Notes under the pieces: generated by a model | Told to the model about the DNA's origin: nothing | Databases searched by the model: none | Seen by the model: only the letters and a program-made list of their open reading frames with translations | Shown: in pieces, positions 12,412 through 25,119 of the stretch | Position numbering within the stretch: position 1 is the first letter of the stretch | Layout: every line of letters starts with the position of its first letter | Made by a program: the position numbers and the translations under genes | Assembly (NCBI RefSeq): GCF_024521635.1 | Contig: NW_026250422.1 | Coordinates: forward strand, 248,001 to 312,000 | Reading direction: 5' to 3' | DNA: 64,000 nt | Source of the DNA: Tricharina praecox | Taxonomy: Eukaryota

Positions 12412-15400
12412 CTACTTCTTCAGACTCCACACGTGAGTCTCCTTGTCCAGCCTGGCGATATCTTTCAATATCGCCCGCATCTCCTTCGCCTTCTCCGGGG
12501 CCCTATTGTCGATGCCCACATCGCGGCACCACTTCTTCAGCTCGCCCGTAGGCAGCTTCCCTGCGTTCTTCTCGAAGAGACCGAGCATCTGGGTGCGCAA
12601 GGGCACAACAGGACCAGCTCTTCTCCCCGTAGGAGTAGCACGGCCCTGCTGCCCCTTCATCGTTTGCAGCAATCCCGAAGCAGTGGCGCGCGGTGGGTCT
12701 CTGCCCGCGGATCCGTTTCGGCCCGTCCAGGTGACCGTTCCGACGGCTGCCCCCGAAGTCGCCGCGACGGATTCCTGCAGGCGTTTCGCTGCCTCCTCGG
12801 CGATCTTCCTGGCGTAGGCATCGGTCGGGGTCCGGTCGTTGATCCCGGCATTGACGACGTGGTCGTGCTCGAGACTGCTGATAACGCCATTGTGGCTGAA
12901 GATTTCTTCGATGAACTTTCGTTCACCGGAACCTTCAGCCGACTGGTCGTTTATCGCACTAGATTCTGGAATTAGCATGCGCATTGGATTATTTTCTCGG
13001 AGTGCATACTATTTCTCGAGACCGGCTACACCATTGATGCCCTGAAGGGCAGAATCCTCCGCCGAAGCTGACGACTTCGAGTTCACCGTCTCTGCGCCCT
13101 GGAACATGGCACCGGTAGATGTGCCGCCGCCTGTTTTACCGTATGTAAACAGGTCTCGGATATTCTCCATCTGTGTACACATCAGCAACTACTTCATCGC
13201 AGCGAACGTAGGACTGTTAGTTACCTCGAAGAATCGCCGCTGCTCCGGGTTATTCAGCACTTTCTGCGAAAGATGCTGCTTGAAAAGCTGGCGATTGTAC
13301 ATCTTCTCCTCGATCGTTCCAGCGGCAATCAAACGGAAGACGTGAACTGGCTTGGTCTGGCCAATTCGCCAGGACCGTTCCCGGGCCTATTTTATTGATG
13401 TTAATCAATTGCAGAATATCCCATCGTATGCATCCAATACTCACCTGGAGATCTGTCGAAGGATTCCAATCAGGATCAAAAATGATGACCCGATCCGCGC
13501 CGGTCAAATTCAGCCCAAGCCCACCGACACGAGTCGTCAAGAGGAAGACGTCGATACTAGTATCCGTGTTGAATTCGTTCACCAGCTGCTGTCGCCTATC
13601 GATTGGTGTGCCTCCATCCATACGACTGTACTTGAAGTCTTTGTAGCTATCGAGATTTTTCTGGATGATATTGAGGACCTGCACGCTCTGGGAGAAGAGT
13701 AGGACTCGGTGGCCTTGTTCCCTCCAATGAAAGAGCATCTGTGTTCAAGTCAGTACCGTATTGCGAAAATCCATGGAGTACCCATACCTTCTTCATAACT
13801 TGCATCTTTCCTGAGTAGATGTCTCTGCCGTACTCCTGTTCTGTATGAAACTTTTGCTCATTAGCAGCGAGGTCGGGATGACAGCATATCTTCCTCAAGA
13901 CCGAGATGCCGGAGAATGATTCCCTCTTTCCATTCAATATGGCTATGACCTCGGGACTCCTTAGGTATTCAAGATACATGTTTTGTTGTCCCTTTGTGAG
14001 CTTGCAGAACAGAACCTTCTCCTCTTTAGGTGGGAGGTCCTTCGCAACATCGGTCTTCATCCGACGCAGAAGATAGGGTCCAATCAAATCACGTAGGACC
14101 GTCGCACACGATGTTGCCGTCTGTACCTGTACGTTGTTGGCGTTCTTGAATCCTCCGAGGCGAATGGGGACCTCGAATTGCTCCTTGAAGACTGGCAAAG
14201 TGCCCAGCCGTCCAGGAAACACGAAGTCGAAGAGACTCCACAACTCGACCAGATTATTCTGGATTGGGGTGCCGGAGAGAATAATGCGATGTTGAGTCTG
14301 AAGGGTCGGTTGTTAATTAATGCACAGAACTGTACAGATCCAGAAAAATCCAACCTTCAGTTGCTTGCAATTAAGGGAAACTCTGGCATCGGGATTGCGA
14401 ATGCGATGTCCCTCGTCCAAGACTGCATATCCCCATTCTGCGAATCCTGTTAGCCTGCCACCAATTATCATCACCACTCCTCTTGCTCACCTTTCTCCAC
14501 TAAAAGGTCACCATAGGTGTTTAATCCTTCGTAGGTCGTGATGAGAACATGGCCGTGCTTGAAGACTCGGTCGACAATCTTCTTTGCCGCAAACTTTGCA
14601 ACTTTGGATGGCTTGGGCGGTTTATCGTCATCGGAATCTATCTCGCCGTCCCTACTAAGAAGCATGCCGCTTCCGCTCTTGTGCAAGATCGCCACTCGCA
14701 TAGCAGGCCACCAGACATGAAATTCAGAGGCCCATTGACCCAGGACGGCGCCAGGCGCCACTACGATGATCGGTTTGTCCAACAACCCGCTATAATGGAG
14801 GCCGGCGAGGAAGGCTATCATTTCTAGAAGATTTTAGCAACGAGTCTGTGCTCGTGGAGGAAATATACACTCACGAATGGTCTTGCCAGTTCCCATCTCA
14901 TCTCCTAGGATGCCTCCAACATTTTGACAATGCAGTTCCCAGAACCACTGGACAGCAACTTTCTGATAAGAAAACAGAGAAGCATGGATGTCTCCCGGAA
15001 GCCGTAATGCTTCAACACCGCTCGAGAAGCCTTCGTCAGGTATAGTTGGATGAGGCTTATTCCATTCCTCCCGTTTGTCATCCTCGGCATCTGCGCCATT
15101 ATCATGCTCCCGAGTACTTCTACGAGACTCTACCCATTCATGTATCCTCTTCTGAAACAGCTTCTCGTCGCCGTCGTCCAGTCGGACCGCTTTCGCCTTG
15201 CCTGCAGCATTTCCGGGGGATTTCTTGCGCTTCCGCCGTCCGACAACAGTGTGTTCGTCATCGCTATCCTCTTCTTCCGAGGACTCAGTTTCTGTATCAC
15301 GGACTGCCGATTTCCGGACGACTTTCCGTCGAGTAGTTTTCTTCTCTTTTCCGTCGGGTGTGTAATCGTCGTCATCGTCATCGGTGACTTTGCGTCTCTT

Positions 15401-16478
15401 GGTGCCACGGCCTACATCACCATTCTCTGCTTCTTCATCATCTTCTTCTCTGTCGTCTTCTTCGGGATTGCTGCTCTCGGCACTCGAAAGTCCGGACGAG
15501 GATACATGAACCGGTTTTGTGCGATCCATAGCAGCTGCGAACCCAGGTCTACGAAGGTTTTGCGCACTGAGTACATTATGCGGTAACTCATCGGCGGCGT
15601 CTTCCTGACTGGCACCCGGCTGTCCCAATCCGGGGATATTATCGAAGGGGGTGATCTTTCCGGTTCCTAAAATTGCACCGCCCATAAGAAAATGTACTCT
15701 CACTCCACATCATGACATGACGGGTACGCACGGATGAGGAATTCGCGATCTGATTCGTTTGGCAATCGGTGGTCAGAAACGCTCTTCTTGGTTTTTTGTT
15801 GAGATAGCAATGCCATCGCCTGTGCTTCTCGCGCTGCCATGCGAGACGTGATATCTTTGATATCGCCATTGAGTTGTGTGAGCTTTTCCTTGAGCTCTTT
15901 GATCTGGATCTCAAGAGACGTCTTATTCAGTTTAGTAGTCTGTGGGAGAAAATATCGCTCTTCGGCGACACTGAGCATGTAGTCGATTTTTCTAAGCAAC
16001 CAGGGGAGGATGTTCAGCATATTAAAAATTAGGAATTAAACTCAAATGTGACTGGAGAGCCATACGCCTTCTCGGTGACTGTTTTATCTAATCTTCGTTG
16101 GTCGTCTTCATTTGCACCTTCGAGCATCGCCTGATCGGCCTGTACACGAGCGAGAAAATTATGAGCATCGAAAAAGACGAGTGGAGTCGAGAAAGGCTAA
16201 TTCCTGGTAACCCGTACCTTGGTAGCGACTTCCCTCTCTAGTTCCGCCTGGTCGACTGCTCTTGCGCCGAAGACACCGAACGCCTCGGAGTCGTCCCCAG
16301 AAGCAGAATCTATTGGAGAAACAAGGTTGTCCATGGTGGTGGGGGTGGTGGGTGCGGTGGTGGTGGTAGCTGTGTCAAGGGGAGTAGGTTGGGGCTTGGT
16401 GGGGGTGTGGAGTGAATCGTGGAAGCTTAGCTCGATGACTTTCTGTGAGGGTGAAGGAGGATCCTTCGGGGTGTTCAT
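12412..16478 (-). CDS. RAD26: SNF2-family ATPase Rad26/Rhp26 (CSB/ERCC6), transcription-coupled repair; start may be 16478 or 16334
   Basis: [87 protein letters not shown], and C-terminal SSLEHD and GTVTWTG motifs characteristic of CSB orthologs. Many short introns. Confidence 0.93.
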
Positions 16479-18484
16479 TTTGTCGGGGTTGCGTCTGAAT
16501 AGTTGTAGGCAGTTGTAGTAGGAAGGATAGAAGAAATTCGAAAGATACCGACGAGTGCTATTAGGAACGTTGTTTGCTAGGTGAGTTTAAAGTTGTGTGT
16601 TGAAGGTAGAAGTTGGGGAAACGCGATGAGATGACTCGGGAACCCGCGTAAAGTTAGGGTAGCGTGCACTAGTCTAGGCTCCCTTTAGCTGTGTAACGTC
16701 ATAATTACACAAGGTCTCACTCGATTAGCGGAATTAACCAGCTTTCAAACGCTAGTGCACGTGCATAATACGGCGCAGAAACGAACAGGCGGTGACAGAG
16801 CTTCGTCTCTACTGCCGCGGGGCTAGCAGGAAAGGTCGGGAAGGCGGGTCGCCATAGTATAGAAAGGCCGTTTGCGGCAATAAATTGAAGGTCTCTCTCT
16901 CACGTACATGATAAGATTAAAACCACTTTGTCTCGGAGAGTGGAGTTATTCCATGCTAAGGCAAAAAGTACTACATGTGCTAAAGTAGAAATCCGAGTCG
17001 CATCATAGGTATGGCCTTACAGGTTGCTGCAGACTCACGATGGTGATCTCTGCGATCAAGCCCCTACCTACTTTACTCCGCCTGAGCGGCACATCCTCCG
17101 GCACGTGCTTCATAGACTAATGTTCCTATATGGTGCCCGTACGCTTTAAACCTAGGCTTCCGTGGAGAGGGTGTTACCGAATAAAATATGGGGGTCAACT
17201 ATTGTATCTCACAAGAGTGCGCGCGCTGTGAAGCTCCAATCGCTGGAGGATCATGGCTACTCACTCGCTTCTGTTCGAGTAACCGTCTAGGCTTAAAGCT
17301 GATTCACTCTAATGCTGGAGATGAGGGGGATGGAGGAGAGCGAGGCAGCGGACGCGAGAGTGGGGAATGGAAGGGATTAGGCCAATAGTTTAATTTCCTA
17401 ATCCTTGCGTCTGAATGTCCTTGGTGTGTTCAAGGGGGAGGCCGGGCGGAGAGCAGCAAGCAAACCCACATCGGCCGAAAGGCAGTGGGGAGGACACGGA
17501 TTTGTACACAGCCATGACCAACCAAGGTCGAATGCAATGACGATTAAACAAGATCCAGGCTTAGAGCGCACGGCAGCATACATAGTGTGAATGCTCATAT
17601 CATACATAATTTTGAGCCATATCGTCTCAGCAGAGAAGCATTGCGTTAACTCCTAGGTATCCGCCGCCCCAAGACCACGTGATACATCCACTGACATCAC
17701 CAATGGCTCGAATCTTCTCATCCTGCTTCGAGATACGACCCTTGGCCTTGACCACCAAGTCGCCATTCTCATTCCTAGTATGCTGGCACACTTCAAAGAC
17801 CCCATATAAAAGTCAGCTCCAAGTAAAAGTAGTTCACACTGGCCCCAAGCATTTCTGCCCAGAACGAGTCCTTCTTGCAACTCGAGCTTGGGGAAGGGTT
17901 CACGCCGATCGCCAAACATCCGAGCAAACTCCGCGCGGAAGGCGGGATTGGATCAATTTCATTTGAATGTGTGAGAACTCGGCGAGCGCCGCCTGGAAAA
18001 CTTCGAGCTGTGTGTTAAGCTTATCGACGTATGAGCGTTGCAGTCACTCGCCATGGGAGGCATACTAGAACTGTGCGTGTTTGGAATCGCGGCTCAACGT
18101 GCGGAGACCACCGCAGTGGTAGTTACATACGATGAGCCATGTGGAAAGTTGCATGTGGGGAAGTTGTAGGTTGCTCTAACCTTTGAGATGCCGCTCTGAA
18201 GTAAAGCTCATAGAATGTGAGTAGTGTGTGCGCTAAATGAGGCTCCGCTTACTTCACTGATCCTGTGCACTTATAGTTTAGCGCAGCTCCCAGCGGCTAA
18301 TCCATCCACAGACTCACATTTTGTGTGTGTGTGTGCCCTAAAAAACAGTCCCCAGTGGAAAAAACCCCCCACAACAGCCTGCCTTAGAGTTCGCCAAAAG
18401 TTCTGCGTAGGATTTCTGCAACCGACTTTCGCCAACAACACCAATCGCCCAGCAATACCCGGTCGCCTATCGCCCATCAGCAAA

Positions 18485-19987
18485 ATGTCTTCGTATGTAT
18501 CCTCGCTACAATCCTCGGATTCTCCTCGGCGTCAATGAACGAGGTCACTCCCGCTCAGCTGCGCTCGCGAGCCAGCTCGATCAATTATTCTTGGACTTCT
18601 TCCGATGAAGAGTCTGGGGTTTTGAGAATGGAATCGCTCGTTTCGCGTTTCCTTCTTTAAATACAAACTGCCGCGCGTATCCACTCCGTGCCTTCGGGCA
18701 TAGGATGTGGATTGCATGTGCAAGTCTCTCTTGAAGTTGTCTTCGAGGTCTTGTCGGATGAATCTGCCGTTGCTCGAACAGTTTGATCCGACTTCGGTCG
18801 TGACCTGCCTAGTAGAACACAGCCAGTTACACCGATTAAATCCATTCGTCGAGTGGTTTTAGCTACAGAGCAGAAGAGGCTTCCTCTTCATACTCGACGC
18901 TATCACTTTACTTAACTGCGGGACTGACAAGTGACACAGCACCACCCCCACCACTGAGCAGGTCTTGGTCCCCGAGACCCTCCTCAAGAAGCGCAAGACT
19001 TCCGAGAAGACCATTGAGGAGCGCAAGGCTGCCGCTGTTGAGCGCAAGAAGGTTAGCATCCACCAATCTCTCCCCATATTGCAATTGCAAGCACGTCGAA
19101 TCTACATGATGCATAACAACCCAACGCGACTAGCCCTACAAGGCGATGCTGTCGTAGTTAACCATCTTTCGGGTCTGACAAAATTCGACGTGCTTCTTTT
19201 GCAATCGAACTGTTACTATAGTGAGCAGAAATACTGACTTTGATAAACAGGTCAACAAGGAGAAGCGTCAGACTATCTTCAAGCGTGCCGAGAAGTACGT
19301 CAAGGAGTACCGCGATGCCGAGCGTGAGCAGATCCGTCTGTCCCGCGACGCCAAGAAGGAGGGCTCCTACTACGTTCCTGCTGAGGCCAAGGTTGTCTTT
19401 GTTGTCCGTATCAAGGGGTATGTTGTTTTGTGCAAATGACCAGTGATTCATGTACTAACAACGCGCAATAGTATCAACAAGATCGCTCCCAAGCCCCGCA
19501 AGATCCTCCAGTTGCTCCGTCTCCTCCAGATCAACAACGGTGTCTTCGTCAAGCTCTCCAAGGCCACCACTGAGATGCTCCGCATTGTCGAGCCCTGGGT
19601 CGCCTACGGAGAGCCCAACCTCAAGTCCGTCCGCGAGCTGATCTACAAGCGTGGTTACGGAAAGATCGAGCGTCAGCGCATCCCCCTGGTATGTTTCCAT
19701 ATTATTACACTTTCTGCTTGCGCCCAATCTAATAATTTCTTCAGACCGACAACTCCCTCATTGAGGCCAACCTTGGACAGTACGGTATCATCTCCATTGA
19801 GGATTTGATCCACGAGATCTTCACCGTCGGCCCCAACTTCAAGCAGGCCGCCAACTTCCTGTGGCCGTTCAAGCTGTCCTCCCCTACCGGAGGTTTCCGC
19901 ACCCGCAAGTTCAAGCACTTCATCGAGGGTGGTGACCTTGGTGACCGTGAGCAGTTTATCAACAACCTCATCCGCAAGATGAACTAA
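18485..19987 (+). CDS. RPL7: 60S ribosomal protein L7 (uL30); exons 18485-18492, 18940-19051, 19251-19417, 19472-19688, 19745-19987
   Basis: [76 protein letters not shown]. Strong ribosomal-protein codon bias. Confidence 0.97.
19102..19182 (+). ncRNA. Intronic box C/D snoRNA (snR39B/snR39-like guide for 25S rRNA) in RPL7 intron 2
   Basis: Box C ATGATGC at 19106-19112 and box D CTGA at 19175-19178. Guide ACCATCTTTCGGGT (19161-19174) is complementary to the conserved 25S ACCCGAAAGAUGGU (rRNA sequence recalled, not in window). Flanked by a perfect 13-bp inverted repeat at 19089-19101 / 19183-19195. Confidence 0.88.
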
Positions 19988-20430
19988 GTTGGTAATTTGG
20001 GATTGTAATTGGTGTTAGGTAGCCGAAGAAAATTTCTGATGGGCATTTTCTGGGAACAATAAAAGTTCGGCTTGGCGTTATCCGGAGTTGGTAGCGATTG
20101 TTTTTTACCATTCAAACTGTGTTGCCATCGTGATTCATGAAGTGACTGCCTTGCATTCCTGTTGGAAGAGCGTACCGTAAATATGAGAAGTAGTAAGAAA
20201 CGGCACTCCTACGCGGCTTCAACTGTCAAATTGTCGCGCCCGTTAGGATTCTACGTAGATTTACCATTACATACGGCCAACGGCAATCATGTGCTCTGAG
20301 AATTTCCCGAACCGTCCCTAGCGGCCCAAGACGTGTGATTTCAGTCCGTGCTCGAGTGGGGCGTAGCGCTGAATTTAGTGGAACTGTGGATTGGAGCCAA
20401 AACGCGGGCTTGATTGGTTAGGTGACCGAC

Positions 20431-20436
20431 ACGCGT
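20431..20436. promoter_or_regulatory. MCB element (ACGCGT) upstream of POL1
   Basis: ACGCGT about 160 bp upstream of the ATG, plus a near-match ACGCGG at 20402. POL1 is a classic MBF target. Confidence 0.5.
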
Positions 20437-20593
20437 AAATTATTTGAGCAGCGTGTCACGGAAACCACAACCCTTCCCTCAACACACCCTGTTCGTGCCT
20501 GCGATCCATACATCTCACTACAACATAACGCGACTCTCACCTTCTCCTTCTCACACACTCTCTCTTTTCAGCACACCACCATCCATACCTGCC

Positions 20594-23500
20594 ATGTCCA
20601 GTCGTCGCAAAGCAAACGCAAAAGTCGGCTTCGCGGAGCTCCGCCGATTGCGCGAAGAAGGTAAGACGCGCCTGTCCACGTACGAGGTCGAGGAGGGCGA
20701 AAAGCTATACGAAGAAGTCGACGAGGACGAATACAAAAAGGTCGTGCGGAAACGGCTGGACGAGGATGATTTCGTTGTCGACGATGGCGGCGAGGGGTAT
20801 GTCGACAATGGCATGGACGATTGGGGGGATGAGGGGAGGTACTATTCTGACGAGGAAGGGGAGGAGGGTGATGAGAAGTTGTCGAAGAAGGAATTGAAGA
20901 GGAAGAGGGAGGAGGAGAAGGAACGACGGGATCGGCAGGAGGGTGCCATTACGAAATACTTTCATAAGTCTGGTGCCGCCTCGGCGAAGCCGAAGACCGT
21001 GAAGGCTACCGTACAGGACCAGGAGTTCTTGGAGGATATTTTGGGGGAGTTCGATACCAGCGCGGGAAGGACGGGGCAACCGATGAAGAAGGTTAAGACG
21101 GAGCTGGCGTCTTCGAGGAAGGTGCGGAAGTTGTCGCCGCCGAGGAAGGGGGCGAAGAGGTTCGCTATGGCGGATTTGGCGGCGGCAATGCGAAGTTCCC
21201 CTCCGCTCGCCGCTGATGTGGATAACGAATCGGATTATGGCGACGATATCACGTTCCCACTCACCGGAGGCGACGACGATATCTCGATGAGCGATGCGCC
21301 GGTCGCCCCGTCCTCACCCGCCGCGAAAGCCGCCCTAAGAAAGGCCCCAGACAATCAGAACTTCGAAGACGATGCCGACGACGACGATGAGTTCTTGGTG
21401 GCTGAAATCAAAGGCAATAAGAATATACGTACCTCAAAAGTCAACATCACTTCCTCTCGCCCCACGAAGCCTGCACTAGCTTCTACCAGCATGCCCAAGA
21501 AAGCCGCCCAAATAATGGATTCTTCAGCATGGACAGATGTCAGCGGAGGGTTGAATGTCGTTCCGAGCTCGCCTGCCACGGACAGAGTGTCGGTTGGCAA
21601 GACGTCGTTACAAGACGCCGTCGAACCAGACGGGAGTATTCGGATGTTCTGGATGGATTACACCGAGGCTGCTGGAAATCTGATTCTCTTCGGAAAGGTG
21701 AAGGATAATCGTACTGGGAAATACGTGAGTACATTTTTGAAGGTTGAGGGAATTATGAGGAATTTGTTCTTTTTGCCACGGGAACACAAGATGCGCAAAA
21801 AGGTGGAAACAGACGAAGAGGTCCAGATTGAGGACGTGCACCAGGAAATCAGCGATTTGATGGAGAGGAACAGGATCACTGGGTTCAAGTCGAAGCCTAC
21901 CTCGAGAAAGTATGCTTTTGAGCTGTCGAATATTCCCCGAGAAGGCGACTATTTGAAAGTTCTGTACCCGTACACGAGTCAGTAATCCATTTGATATTAG
22001 CATTTAGCCATTTCGCTTACTAGTAACAGAGGACCCTTTGCCCATGGAGTTGCAAGGCGAGACTTTTTCGACCGTTTTCGGAACGCACACTGCTCTATTC
22101 GAGCAATTTGTGCTCTGCAGGAACGTTATGGGTCCGTGCTGGCTCAAAATCGATGGTGCTAGCTCATCTAGTGTTCAAAATGTGAGTTCCCGTTATCATG
22201 CTCATCGTGCTCCGGCGTGTTCTAATCCAGTCTCTAGGCATCATGGTGCAAACTTGAGATGAGAGTCGATAAACCACAACAGATCACTCCCATTGGAGAT
22301 GCCGACTCATCGGAGGCGCCGCCCTTGACACTCATGAGCATTGCCCTACGAACGGTCCACAATGTCAAACTCAACAAACAAGAGATCATTGCCATCAGTG
22401 CCAGAATCTACGAGAATGTATCTCTTGCCGATGCCACCACAGATATCGAGAAGATGCCACATCAAGTATTTACCGTTGCAAGACCGGTTGAATCTCTCTT
22501 CCCAGCGGGATTTGAAAAGCTTGCAGAGCAGCATCCCGGAAACTTGAAGCTCGAGAAAACCGAAAACCTGCTTCTCTCGTCGTTCCTGGCAAAGCTGCAA
22601 CAGGTAGATCCGGACGTCTGCATGGGACATTCATTGGACAATGTGGACTGGCCTGTACTCCTGCATAGGTTAAAGGACAAGAATGTTCCACTCTGGAGCA
22701 GGGTGGGGCGCCTGAAGAGATCTGCGTGGCCTAAAGGTGGAAATTTTGCGGGCAGCTTCTTTATGGAGCGTCAGATGGCGGCTGGACGGTTGCTCTGTGA
22801 TCTCGCGAACGATCTGGGGAAATCGCTGATGACCAAGTGCCAGTCGTGGAGCTTGACAGAAATGTGCGAGCTTATTCTTGGGAAGAAGCGGCAGGAACTC
22901 GACAATGACGAGGCTCTCAAGAGTTGGGCTAGCACGGCGAAGGGATACCTGGATTACTTGACCCACTGCGAGGTCGACACACACTTCATTGCAGCGGTCG
23001 CCCTCAAGATTCAGATGTTGCCTCTCACCAAGATTTTGACCAACCTTGCTGGTAATTCTTGGGCCAGGACGTTGAGTGGTACTAGAGCAGAACGGAATGA
23101 ATATATTCTGCTTCACGAGTTCTACCGGAATAAGTACATCTGTCCGGATAAATTATCTGGAAAACAGCTCGATGCCATGCGCAAAGCCGAAGAGGAAAAC
23201 CCCGACGATGACGACGATGCCGCGGCTGGGGGCAAGAAGAAGGATAAGTTCAAGGGTGGTCTTGTGTTTGATCCCGAGAAAGGTCTATACGACAAGCACA
23301 TCGTGGTTATGGACTTCAATTCTCTTTACCCTAGTATCATCCAGGAGTATAACATCTGCTTCACAACTGTGGATAGGAGTTCTTCGGATAGGGATAAAGT
23401 CCCAGATGTCCCAGAGGAACAAACTCTCGGAGTTCTTCCTCGCTTGATTTCGAAATTGGTCCAGAGGCGACGGCAAGTGAAGGGACTGATGAAGGACAAG

Positions 23501-25119
23501 AACGCCACGTCTGTGCAAAAGACGCAATGGGACATCAAGCAACAAGCTCTGAAGCTCACCGCCAATTCTATGTACGGTTGTCTGGGTTATACGCGATCGA
23601 GATTCTACGCCCGGCCGCTAGCCATGCTCACCACCTTCAAAGGCCGTGAGATTCTGCAGAGCACAAAGAATCTAGCCGAGTCGATGTCGCTGCAGGTTAT
23701 CTACGGTGACACCGATTCTGTCATGATCAATACACTTGCCGATAACTACGCGGATGCAATCAAGATCGGTAATGACTTCAAGAAACAGGTCAATGAGCGC
23801 TACCGGCTGCTCGAGATCGATATCGATAACGTATTCCAACGGTTGCTATTACATGCTAAAAAGAAGTACGCGGCAATAAACTGTATCCTGATCAACGGAA
23901 AATTGGACGTGAAGATGGAGGTCAAGGGGTTGGATATGAGGCGAAGGGAGTACTGCCAGCTATCGAAGGAGGCGTCCTCGAACATCCTCAACGAAGTCTT
24001 TACGGGCGAAGATACCGAGGTTGTAGTGGAAAAAATACACGATTACCTCCGAGACTTCGCCGAGAAGATGCGGGCTGGTCAGTTTCCTCTGGTCAAGTAT
24101 ACTATCTATACCCGGCTCGGAAAGGACCCGAAGGACTATCCAAACGGCCAAACAATGCCGCAAGTTCAGGTCGCCCTGAAGAAACGCGCCCGCGGTGATG
24201 TTGTCAAGTCGGGCGATGTCATCTCCTATATCGTCACAGGCGACGGCGATTCCCACGCAGCCGAGCGAGCGCATGCCACACAGGACGTGATCAAGCCCGA
24301 CTCCGGCCTCAAGCCCGACGCAGAATGGTACCTCGCCAAACAAATCTTCCCACCAATCGAGCGGTTATGCGCACCAATCGAAGGCACCGACTCCCTGCGG
24401 CTCGCCGAATGTCTCGGCCTCGACCTCCGCAAATATCAGCTTTCAACCACCGCCCGCCAGGAAGACCGCGAGATCCACCCACTCGAGTCCACAATCCCGG
24501 ACGAAGAGCGCTTCAAAGAAACCACCAAACTCTCGCTCCGTTGCCGCCACTGCAAACAGTCCTTCGACTTCGCCGGCCTCTCGCAGTGCAATCCGCACGG
24601 GATCGTCTGTGCCAACCCCACTTGCGGCAAAACTCTCGCCATCCCCTCCGTCGTTGCGCAGATAGAACAGCAGATCCGCTCGGCGGTGGCCAAATACTAC
24701 GATGCATGGCTGGTCTGCGACCTCTGCGGAAATCGCACGCGGCAGATGAGTGTATACGGCAAATGTTGTCTCGGCCCACATGGTCTGGCAAAAGGGTGTA
24801 AGGAAGGGAAGATGGCGTACGAGTATACGGACAAAATGCTGTACAACCAGCTGCTGTACTTCCGTAGTTTGTTTGATGTCGATAAGGCGAAGACTAAAGC
24901 CAAGGGTGCTGATAAAGGTTTGTCTCTCTTGCCCGCACTCGCTTTCACACTTTTAATAAGATACTAACGGAGGAGATAGATACGATCAACACACTGGCTA
25001 TACAGAATCAGCAGCGTTTTGCGATCGTTGGGGGGTGCGTCGGGAAGTATCTGGACAAGTGTGGTCGCCAGTGGGTTAGCATGCAGAACATTTTTGGGTT
25101 TGCGGCTGTGACGGTGTAG
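20594..25119 (+). CDS. POL1: DNA polymerase alpha catalytic subunit (4 exons)
   Basis: N-terminal [17 protein letters not shown]-family motifs [23 protein letters not shown] and [18 protein letters not shown], and C-terminal zinc fingers. Introns begin near 21978, 22182 and 24918. Confidence 0.97.

Noticed and set aside
4853..25119. NSE1-RAD26-POL1 as a functional DNA-repair gene cluster
   Set aside because: The genes are interspersed with unrelated housekeeping genes, and proximity alone is not evidence without synteny data.
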